Below the pieces are notes generated by a model, which was not told the DNA's origin, searched no databases, and worked only from the letters and a program-made list of their open reading frames with translations. Positions 26,580-33,004 of a stretch of 39,923 nt of DNA are shown here, in pieces (position 1 is the stretch's first letter; every line of letters starts with the position of its first letter). Source of the DNA: Minisyncoccota bacterium (GTDB taxonomy: Bacteria; Patescibacteriota; Minisyncoccia; Phycocordibacterales; SBAW01); contig DASYIO010000122.1 in assembly GCA_035997465.1 (NCBI GenBank), forward strand, positions 1-39,923, in the 5' to 3' direction. Made by a program: the position numbers and the translations under genes.

Positions 26580-26629
26580 TGGGATCAATATAAAAGACCT
26601 TCTAATTGCGTAAGCAAAAAATAAAAATT

Positions 26630-26824
26630 ATGGCTAAAGAATACGCACCGCAGTTTGTCCGCATCGACTACAAGGACACCGAGACTCTTAAAAAGTTCAT
26701 CAACCCGCACGGCAAGATAATGGCGCGCCGCCGCACCAACCTCTCTGCGCCGAATCAAAGGGCTGTAGCCGAGGCAATAAAGCGGGCGCGCTTTATGGCA
26801 CTCTTGCCCTATATTGTTCGCTAA
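26630..26824 (+). CDS. rpsR: 30S ribosomal protein S18
   Basis: [50 protein letters not shown]. The ATG at 26630 is preferred over the listed TTG at 26606. Confidence 0.9.
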   Translation: MAKEYAPQFVRIDYKDTETLKKFINPHGKIMARRRTNLSAPNQRAVAEAIKRARFMALLPYIVR

Positions 26825-26837
26825 ATTTGAGATATGG

Positions 26838-26866
26838 AAAGCCCCGGCTTACGCCGGGGCTTTTTC
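26838..26866. terminator. Bidirectional rho-independent terminator between rpsR (+) and the minus-strand cassette
   Basis: AAAGCCCCGGC-TTAC-GCCGGGGCTTT followed by TTTCG. Confidence 0.75.
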
Positions 26867-26885
26867 GTGTAGTCATGGGGCAGAC

Positions 26886-27071
26886 TTAACCCTTGAGCAT
26901 AGAACGTCGGAGGTTCTTTGCATGCGGGTATTGCCTGAGGATCTCTTCCCGTTTTTGTTTCGTGTTACGCGCCAAAGCCTCGTCGCTGTCTGCTTCGAAA
27001 TATTCGGATTTCGTGGCTCCATCCACCTCGAAGAGCAGCACATATCCCCATGTATACCTCCACCGGGACAT
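26886..27071 (-). CDS. Hypothetical small soluble protein (61 aa), third gene of the minus-strand cassette
   Basis: GGGGAAAGAAG SD just before the ATG. It is preceded by a copy of the 21-nt motif and followed by the terminator at 26838-26866. Confidence 0.4.
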   Translation of the reverse strand: MSRWRYTWGYVLLFEVDGATKSEYFEADSDEALARNTKQKREEILRQYPHAKNLRRSMLKG

Positions 27072-27089
27072 CTTCTTTCCCCATCAGTT

Positions 27090-27110
27090 GTCAGCGGGCG
27101 GGATGCCCGA
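27090..27110 (-). repeat. 21-nt GC-rich motif, copy 1 (+ strand GTCAGCGGGCGGGATGCCCGA), upstream of the 61-aa ORF
   Basis: 20/21 identical to copy 3. The core CGGGATGCCCG begins 27 nt upstream of the start codon at 27071. Confidence 0.7.
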
Positions 27111-27121
27111 GGTTCTGCTCG

Positions 27122-27610
27122 CTACTCTTTGGGCAGCGCGAGATACTTGTGGGAATACTGGCTGCCGTAGCTCCCGTCCTCCCAGATCACTTTTACCTTG
27201 CCGGGGTCGTAGTCGCCGTAGGGTGCGAGGATAACCTTTTGTTCGGCGATCACACGCTTCATTTTCCGATTCAACGGTCTGGTACGGAAGATGTACCAGA
27301 GGCTCGATACGAGAGCCACGGGTGCCATGGCCGATGCGAAGAAGAGGGCGAGAGGGAAGACAACAGGCTTACTGAGGACAAAGAAGTAGGCGAACACCAC
27401 CACCGCGCCCAAAGCCCCCAAAGCCACGGACTTCCAGGTGTCACTGAGCAGAATTCTATTAAGATCCAGCTCCTCGTTCTTTTTCCTCTGGAGTTCGTCG
27501 ACATCGGCCGCGTCCATGCGGATGATAATCTCGCCGGTATCCTCCGGCTCGGTCTCGAGGAACACGTGCTCCTCGCTGCCGACCGTCTTAACTACCCAGC
27601 GCCTTTTCAT
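27122..27610 (-). CDS. Hypothetical membrane protein (162 aa; soluble N-domain, 2 TM, soluble C-domain)
   Basis: AAAGGAGA SD. The ATG overlaps the upstream stop (ATGA), which suggests translational coupling. Two central hydrophobic helices (ALGALGAVVVFAYFFVL and VVFPLALFFASAMAPVALVSSLWYIF). Confidence 0.55.
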   Translation of the reverse strand: MKRRWVVKTVGSEEHVFLETEPEDTGEIIIRMDAADVDELQRKKNEELDLNRILLSDTWKSVALGALGAVVVFAYFFVLSKPVVFPLALFFASAMAPVALVSSLWYIFRTRPLNRKMKRVIAEQKVILAPYGDYDPGKVKVIWEDGSYGSQYSHKYLALPKE

Positions 27611-28107
27611 GGTGTATCTCCTTTGTTTGTGAGCGGGATGCCCGTGTCAGGAAGAGGGAAGAGGACACCACTTTTGCCGCGATGGCAGTCCGGTGTCCCG
27701 ATATTGCTGACGATATAGTCACGCCCAGTAGATACGCGGAGCATTTCTAATCGCGCGCGTATAAGTTTACGCTCTAAGTCTTCTTGCTTGGGGCTAACCC
27801 AAAAGCGCATTGTGGCCCAAAATATCAGCATGTAGACGAGTACCAACGCGCCTAGTATCGCCGTAAAGAGCTTTAATTCCTCTTCTGTCTCAGAGATGAT
27901 TCCGGAGACCACTGCAATCATCAGCAGTAATAGGGTGGCGATGCTTGCAGTCGAAAGTATCAAGGCGGTGCGAATGTAGAGCCGGAATTGTTGCCGGCTA
28001 CATTCTTTACCGAGAGTCTTCCACTGGTCGATTACTTCCGGTTCGACGTAGATGACTTCGGGTCCCAGTTGGACTAGGCGGCCATCAATAACGGCATGTT
28101 CGGTCAT
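27607..28107 (-). CDS. Hypothetical membrane protein (166 aa; soluble N-domain, 2 TM, soluble C-domain)
   Basis: GAGGAAG SD 4 nt before the ATG. Two central helices (ALILSTASIATLLLLMIAVVSGII and LFTAILGALVLVYMLIFWATM). The architecture matches the next gene. Confidence 0.55.
   Translation of the reverse strand: MTEHAVIDGRLVQLGPEVIYVEPEVIDQWKTLGKECSRQQFRLYIRTALILSTASIATLLLLMIAVVSGIISETEEELKLFTAILGALVLVYMLIFWATMRFWVSPKQEDLERKLIRARLEMLRVSTGRDYIVSNIGTPDCHRGKSGVLFPLPDTGIPLTNKGDTP
27631..27644 (-). repeat. Core motif, copy 2 (GAGCGGGATGCCCG), upstream of the 162-aa ORF and inside the 3' end of the 166-aa ORF
   Basis: It shares GCGGGATGCCCG with copies 1 and 3. The core is 23 nt upstream of the start at 27610. 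A TGTCAG follows at 27645-27650. Confidence 0.6.
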
Positions 28108-28124
28108 GACTTCCTCGTTTATAT

Positions 28125-28145
28125 GTCAGAGGGCGGGATGCCCGA
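28125..28145 (-). repeat. 21-nt GC-rich motif, copy 3 (+ strand GTCAGAGGGCGGGATGCCCGA), upstream of the 166-aa ORF
   Basis: The core is 26 nt upstream of the start codon at 28107, the same geometry as copy 1. Confidence 0.7.
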
Positions 28146-28256
28146 TCTGTCCGGCGCAACCATACGACCAATACGGCACTTGGTCAGGAGTCTGTCGGGT
28201 TTTCTAGGTTAGAAAGTCAAAATACACTGGTAAATAAGCTTTTTCTAATGTAAATT

Positions 28257-28296
28257 TGTCAGAAATATTGACAATACCTGAGAGTTGATATAAAGT
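28257..28296 (+). promoter_or_regulatory. Candidate promoter of the TrmB-like gene, with an overlapping palindrome
   Basis: TGTCA-GAAATAT-TGACA inverted repeat (28257-28273) contains a perfect TTGACA (28268-28273). TATAAA is at 28289-28294. The ATG at 28303 is only 6-8 nt downstream and has no SD, so the mRNA would be leaderless or nearly so. Confidence 0.4.
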
Positions 28297-28302
28297 GCTC
28301 GC

Positions 28303-29037
28303 ATGGATATCAAGTCACTTGCCGCTATGGGTGTAGGCGAGAAGTCGGCCAAGGTTTACTTGGCGGGCTTGGCTTTGGGCACCACAAGCGTGCAGGATTT
28401 GGCCCGCAAAAGTGGCCTTAAGCGCCCCACCGTATATTTGCACCTCGACGACTTGGTTAAGCAGGGGCTTGTGGAGCACGTCTCGATAAATAAAAAGAAA
28501 TACTACCGCGCTGTGGAACCCTTGGTGTTGGAGGAGAGGCTCAAAAAAAGTCTGGCGCATTTGCAGCACGAGATGCCGCAGCTATTAGCGATGCGCGCCA
28601 ACACTATGGGCCGGCCACAGGTGCAGGTGTACGAGGGCGAGGAGGGGATACGGCATGTCTACAGCGAGATGAAAAAAGCTCGCAGCATGCGTATATGGTC
28701 TAACATTGGCGAGCCTGGGACCTTGCACAACACCAATATGGAGTTGGCCGAGGCAATACATGAGCGTGCTACCAATGTGCGCGAGATTATTGCCGGCACT
28801 AAAGAAACTAAGCGCTACTCGCGGCTTGTCGCAAAGGTCATCGGCCCGTCGTACTCGGCGCGCACGGCGACAGTCGAGGGTTTGCACAACGACACTATTA
28901 TTTATGACGATGTGGTCGCGATATTTAGACTGCAGGGCTTAAATATGTTCGTGGTGCGGATAGAAGACCCGACCATAGCCGACACCATGCGTGCGATGTT
29001 TGAGATGGCGTGGAAGACTGCCCGACCTTTTAAATAA
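28303..29037 (+). CDS. TrmB-family winged-helix transcriptional regulator
   Basis: N-terminal LGVGEKSAKVYLAGLALGTTSVQDLARKSGLKRPTVYLHLDDLVKQGLVEHV...KKKYYRAVEP is the TrmB HTH pattern. The C-terminal domain (about 150 aa) has the length usual for this family. Confidence 0.75.
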   Translation: MDIKSLAAMGVGEKSAKVYLAGLALGTTSVQDLARKSGLKRPTVYLHLDDLVKQGLVEHVSINKKKYYRAVEPLVLEERLKKSLAHLQHEMPQLLAMRANTMGRPQVQVYEGEEGIRHVYSEMKKARSMRIWSNIGEPGTLHNTNMELAEAIHERATNVREIIAGTKETKRYSRLVAKVIGPSYSARTATVEGLHNDTIIYDDVVAIFRLQGLNMFVVRIEDPTIADTMRAMFEMAWKTARPFK

Positions 29038-29106
29038 GATTGCTCTGCTTCGATCGTTTTGTTATAACCACATTGGGTACGAACAACCAAACGGGAGCCT
29101 AAAGCC

Positions 29107-29703
29107 ATGTTGTCCTCTGCGGACCAACGAGCTGTTGACTACTACAACAAGTTCGCGCGAGGCCGCACACAGGCCCCGCCCGATATCGAGCTAGTCTCTG
29201 ACGACTTTGCGCGCCAGACGTACTGTTTTCTCCCTGCGGTCAACCGAGTGGTGGATGCCGGGTGCGGATATGGACGGGCCGTTCCTCTCCTAAGAGAGCT
29301 CGGGACGACCGATTATCTGGGAGTGGACCCGTCGCGCGAGCAAGTGCGCTTGGCACGGCTGTTGCACCCGGACTGTACGTTTGAAGTATCGAGTTTGTAC
29401 GACCTGGGCACACGGCATCTGGGGGAGTTCGACGGGTTCTTCCTGTGCGCAGTCCTCTTCTGCATCCCGCGGCACCGTCTGGCGCGTGCGTTCAAATCCT
29501 TGCGGGCCTCTCTTAAGCAGGGTGCAACGGGGCTGGCCTCTGCCACTATAGGACGGGGGACTATCGCAAATACCGACGGCCTAGAACTCACGCTCTATCA
29601 ACCCCAAGAATTGATAGACGTTGCCAAAGCGGCTGGGTTTAGTGTCCGCGACTGTCGGGTGGTGGAAGGACGGCTGTTCCAGGTATCTTTAGAAGCCGTG
29701 TAG
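29107..29703 (+). CDS. Class I SAM-dependent methyltransferase, substrate unknown
   Basis: VVDAGCGYGRAV (motif I), YLGVDPS (motif II acidic residue), FDGFFLCAVLFCIP (motif IV region). GGGAG SD upstream. Confidence 0.75.
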   Translation: MLSSADQRAVDYYNKFARGRTQAPPDIELVSDDFARQTYCFLPAVNRVVDAGCGYGRAVPLLRELGTTDYLGVDPSREQVRLARLLHPDCTFEVSSLYDLGTRHLGEFDGFFLCAVLFCIPRHRLARAFKSLRASLKQGATGLASATIGRGTIANTDGLELTLYQPQELIDVAKAAGFSVRDCRVVEGRLFQVSLEAV

Positions 29704-29717
29704 GCTTCTCGCAAACG

Positions 29718-29747
29718 AAAGAGCCCGGCGCAAGCCGGGCTCTTTGT
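29718..29747. terminator. Bidirectional terminator between the methyltransferase (+) and efp (-)
   Basis: AAAGAGCCCGGC-GCAA-GCCGGGCTCTTT (12 bp, GNRA loop) followed by GTTTATTTTTT. Confidence 0.75.
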
Positions 29748-30323
29748 TTATTTTTTGTCGACACGCTCGACGTACTGACCTGTTTCGGTATTTATGCGCA
29801 CGACGTCGCCCTCGTTTATAAACATTGGGGCCTCAATGGTAGCACCCGTCTCGAGGGTGACCGTCTTGGATGCGCCCTGCGCGGTGTTGCCCTTAACGGC
29901 GGGCGGAGCCTCGGTGATTTTAAGTTCAACTTTGATAGGAACTTTGATGTCGATTATTTTCTCGTCAAAGACAAGTGCCTCGACTATCGAGTTAACTTTA
30001 AGGAACTGCGCGCCAACGCCAATGGTATCCTCCGATAGCACAAAGCGGTCGGCGGGATTATTTTCGGCGCAAAACCATCTCTCGCCCCTGTTGGTATAAA
30101 GGTATTTGACCGACTTGGTCGAAAGGTCGGCCTCCTCGACCTTTTCGGTCGCGTGGAAGGCCTGCTCGGTTACCCGGCCAGTTATGATATGGCGCAGTTT
30201 TGTCTGGTTGACTGGCTTGCGCATCTGCTTGCGAAAGACGTGCGCGTCCAATACCTCGTACGGTTCGCCGTCGATCAAAATAACCCGCTTGGGGAGTATC
30301 TCGTTGTATTCGAGCATTGCCAT
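29748..30323 (-). CDS. efp: Elongation factor P
   Basis: Full-length EF-P pattern: ...IDGEPYEVLDAHVFRKQMRKPVNQTKLRHIITG...KVELKITEAPPAVKGNTAQGASKTVTLETGATIEAPMFINEGD. Confidence 0.95.
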   Translation of the reverse strand: MAMLEYNEILPKRVILIDGEPYEVLDAHVFRKQMRKPVNQTKLRHIITGRVTEQAFHATEKVEEADLSTKSVKYLYTNRGERWFCAENNPADRFVLSEDTIGVGAQFLKVNSIVEALVFDEKIIDIKVPIKVELKITEAPPAVKGNTAQGASKTVTLETGATIEAPMFINEGDVVRINTETGQYVERVDKK

Positions 30324-30410
30324 AGGTGTATCAACAAAAAATGCCTTTCGGCAGTAGGCCCATAGTACTTGAAACCCGGGGCCCTTTCAAGCGGTTGTAT
30401 TAAGCGGCTC

Positions 30411-31013
30411 ATGATATACAGTGTGGCTATGGAACGCCTCTCATTAGAGGAACAGGGCAAGGAGAAAGGTGACGAGGAGCTTTTGGCTCTTTCGGTGCAA
30501 CATCCTTCGTTATTTGCCCTGCTGGTGCGCAAGTACGAGGATGCCTTTTTGCGTAAGGCGCTTAGCATTGTGCGTGGGCAAGAAGAGGCCGAGGATGTGG
30601 TGCAAGAGGCGTTTACCAAAATTTATTTAAACGCGGCCAAGTTTAAAACAGTCGAGGGCGCGCAGTTTAGCTCGTGGGGCTACCGGATACTCATAAACAC
30701 GGCGCTGACGCATTACGCCAAGGTCAAAAAAGGGCAGGGCAGGGAGGCCAAGTTTGATGACGAAATTTGGGCCCTTATCCCCGACAAAAACTTAAAGCAG
30801 TTCGAAAAGAAGGAGCTTGTCGACTTGGTGGCATCGGTCCTCTCGCGTATGCCAAAACCTTTGGCCAAAGCATTGTCGAGCTTTTTTATAGACGGCAAAA
30901 CTCAGGAGGAGATAGCGCACGAAGAGGGCCTGAGTGTGGGCGCGGTTAAAACCCGGGTGCACAGGGCCAAGGCCGAGTTTAAAAAGGTATACGAAACTAT
31001 TAATACTAAGTAG
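30411..31013 (+). CDS. ECF-type sigma-70 family RNA polymerase sigma factor
   Basis: Region 2 (AEDVVQEAFTKIYLNAAKF...FSSWGYRILINTALTHY) and region 4 HTH (GKTQEEIAHEEGLSVGAVKTRVHRAKAEFKK). The start is uncertain: TTG at 30369, ATG at 30411 or ATG at 30429. Confidence 0.8.
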   Translation: MIYSVAMERLSLEEQGKEKGDEELLALSVQHPSLFALLVRKYEDAFLRKALSIVRGQEEAEDVVQEAFTKIYLNAAKFKTVEGAQFSSWGYRILINTALTHYAKVKKGQGREAKFDDEIWALIPDKNLKQFEKKELVDLVASVLSRMPKPLAKALSSFFIDGKTQEEIAHEEGLSVGAVKTRVHRAKAEFKKVYETINTK

Positions 31014-31027
31014 CAGTTACAACGTAT

Positions 31028-31357
31028 ATGAGCAGCAAGATAGAGCAACAGGTGATGGCGTCGGTCGGGGTAATATATACCGCCCGTGCAGTTGTGTCGG
31101 CTACGGCATTTAAGTTATATGCACTTGTTGCATCGGTATGGGTGTTGGGCGCGCTGGTCTGGGTCGCCCGCGTTGAAGAAAATTTATTTAATGCAATGAA
31201 CGGCGGAGTACTTGCGGTAGGCAATTTTGTACTATATGCCGTAACCCACACAAGTTTGCCGGTACAGATGGTGCTTTTGGTTGCTGCATTGGCCTTTGTG
31301 TCTCTTGCGCTTGATTTGGTACGTACCGTTGGGCACAGACGTCAGCTGGCTTGGTAG
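31028..31357 (+). CDS. Small membrane protein downstream of the sigma factor (possible anti-sigma partner)
   Basis: 109 aa with 3 hydrophobic segments, 14 nt after the sigma gene. The role is inferred from position only. Confidence 0.4.
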   Translation: MSSKIEQQVMASVGVIYTARAVVSATAFKLYALVASVWVLGALVWVARVEENLFNAMNGGVLAVGNFVLYAVTHTSLPVQMVLLVAALAFVSLALDLVRTVGHRRQLAW

Positions 31358-31396
31358 CTATTTACAAAGCGGCACTATAGGGTGTAGTGTCTTAGT

Positions 31397-32518
31397 ATGA
31401 ACAGCAAAGACAAGGCCGCCCAGATATTGAGCAAGGCAGAAGTAGTTATAAACGGCCCTCAACCGATCGATTTGCAGGTTAAGGACGAGCGGGTATATGA
31501 CCGCGTATTTTCAGGAGGCTCTTTGGCCTTGGGCGAGTCGTACATGGACGGGTGGTGGGATGTCGAGGACTTGTCAGGCGCTATATCTAAAATTTTGCGC
31601 AGCAACATACCGGACTCTTTGCGCAACGCGGGTGTGATTTGGCATTTTGTAAAATCCTGGGTGCTTAACAGGCAAAATCAGACGCGCGCCTTTGAGGTTG
31701 GAGAGAAGCATTATGACATAGGCAACGACCTGTACGAGCGCATGCTCGGCAAGAGGATGGTTTACACCTGCGGCTATTGGAGCTCACCTACAACGCCCGC
31801 TCAAGATCTAGATGACGCACAAGAGCAAAAGCTCGACCTGGTGTGTCGCAAAATAGGCCTCAAACCCGGACAAGTGGTACTCGACGTGGGCTGCGGGTGG
31901 GGGAGCTTTGCTAAATTTGCGGCCGAAAAATATGGCGCCAAGGTGGTGGGCATTACAATTTCTAAAGAGCAGGCTGCGTTGGCGCGCGAGCGCTGCAAGG
32001 GCTTGGATGTCGAGATACGCGTCGAGGACTATCGCGACACCAAGGGGCAGTTTGACCACATAATTTCTTTGGGGATGTTCGAGCATGTGGGGCCTAAAAA
32101 CTACCGCACATACATGCGCAAGATGAACGAACTTCTTAAAGACGACGGCATCTTTCTTTTGCATACCATCGGCGGCAACCACAGCGTTATGGCCTCTGAC
32201 GCATGGCTTGATAAATATATATTCCCCAACGGAGTGCTGCCGTCTGTCACACAAATTGGCCGGGCAATTGAAAGGCTGTTTATCATGGAAGACTGGCACA
32301 ACTTTGGCCCCGACTACGACAAAACTCTTATGGCATGGTGGGCAAACTTCGACAAACACTGGCCCGAGATTAAAGACAGCTATAGCGGGCGGTTTTATAG
32401 GATGTGGAAGTACTACCTAATGACATGTGCGGCTGTATTTCGCGCTCGCGAGTCGCAATTGTGGCAAATTGTCTTAACTAAGCAGGGTCTTGTAGGCGGC
32501 TACCGCGCCGTGCGTTAA
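31397..32518 (+). CDS. cfa: Cyclopropane-fatty-acyl-phospholipid synthase
   Basis: GESYMDGWWD, HYDIGNDLY, VLDVGCGWGSFAKFAAEKYGAKVVGITIS (SAM motif), FDHIISLGMFEHVG, and YYLMTCAAVFRAR. Confidence 0.9.
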   Translation: MNSKDKAAQILSKAEVVINGPQPIDLQVKDERVYDRVFSGGSLALGESYMDGWWDVEDLSGAISKILRSNIPDSLRNAGVIWHFVKSWVLNRQNQTRAFEVGEKHYDIGNDLYERMLGKRMVYTCGYWSSPTTPAQDLDDAQEQKLDLVCRKIGLKPGQVVLDVGCGWGSFAKFAAEKYGAKVVGITISKEQAALARERCKGLDVEIRVEDYRDTKGQFDHIISLGMFEHVGPKNYRTYMRKMNELLKDDGIFLLHTIGGNHSVMASDAWLDKYIFPNGVLPSVTQIGRAIERLFIMEDWHNFGPDYDKTLMAWWANFDKHWPEIKDSYSGRFYRMWKYYLMTCAAVFRARESQLWQIVLTKQGLVGGYRAVR

Positions 32519-32594
32519 CCTGTCCGCCAACCCGGTGGAAAGTCTTTATTTTAGGCCGTATTTTGGCCACCTAATATTTGACCTTAAAAACCCC

Positions 32595-32623
32595 TTGACA
32601 AAAAGGGGTAGGGGGTATATGCT
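32595..32623 (+). promoter_or_regulatory. Sigma-70-like promoter with no protein gene downstream
   Basis: Perfect TTGACA (32595-32600), a 17 nt spacer, and TATGCT (32618-32623); alternatively TATATG with a 15 nt spacer. It points into the cfa/recA convergent spacer. Confidence 0.45.
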
Positions 32624-32629
32624 GGTAAT

Positions 32630-33004
32630 TAAGTCAGCCAGAGCTGGCCTAGCACCTGGGGTTCGTTCCTAGGACGGCGAACAGATGCTCTTTTTAGGAG
32701 ATGCTTGAGACGACTCTAAGCGGCTTTTGGCCCGGCCAGAAGAACTACGGTTCGAGCGAGGCTCGAACTTTGGAATAGATAGCCTTTGGAGCTAACTGCT
32801 AAGTATCTTGGAGTGCGTACACACTGTCACGTCACACTTTTGCCACTTGGAAAAAGACCCGGACGTCGACGGTGTCCTAGGTACCTCCGATGTTCGAACC
32901 TCACTGGTCTGCGGACTGGTGAAAGTAGATTCGGACTCGCTACAAAGAGCCCGCAAGTTTCAGAGCCGCTAGTATCCTCACGGAGAACGCGGCTCATTTG
33001 TTTT
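32630..33004 (+). ncRNA. Candidate structured non-coding RNA of about 375 nt, class not identified
   Basis: The 486 nt gap between convergent cfa and recA is bounded by the promoter above and a + strand terminator. It holds several stable hairpins, for example GTTCGAGC-GAG-GCTCGAAC (32749-32767), GTTCG...CGAAC (32661-32682) and GGAC-GTCGACGGT-GTCC (32861-32877). No credible ORF. Confidence 0.4.
32963..33004 (+). terminator. Plus-strand terminator closing the candidate ncRNA (abuts the recA stop)
   Basis: GAGCCGC-(19 nt)-GCGGCTC followed by ATTTGTTTT. The T-run is present only in the + orientation. Confidence 0.45.

Noticed and set aside
25548-26588. 346-aa minus-strand ORF
   Set aside because: It is antisense to rpsF and ssb, both confidently identified (ssb ends in DDIPF). 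It is a low-complexity Ala/Arg/Leu/Gly translation.
27050-27718. Plus-strand 222-aa ORF (and 26814..27170, 26893..27234) across the accessory cassette
   Set aside because: No SD or sensible start context, and it runs through the bidirectional terminator region. The minus-strand ORFs have SDs, ATGA coupling and clean 2-TM architecture.
32630-33004. Calling the cfa/recA intergenic RNA a tmRNA, RNase P RNA or SRP RNA
   Set aside because: For tmRNA, GGGGTTC (32658) could pair with GAACCTC (32896), but there is no T-arm before it, no CCA after it, the G:U falls at position 2:71 rather than 3:70, and the only tag-like frame ends ...ARTLE*. For RNase P, there is no GGAAAGUCC/ACAGAA P4 pair. For SRP, there is no GGAA-tetraloop/AGCAGC domain IV. 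I therefore left it unclassified.
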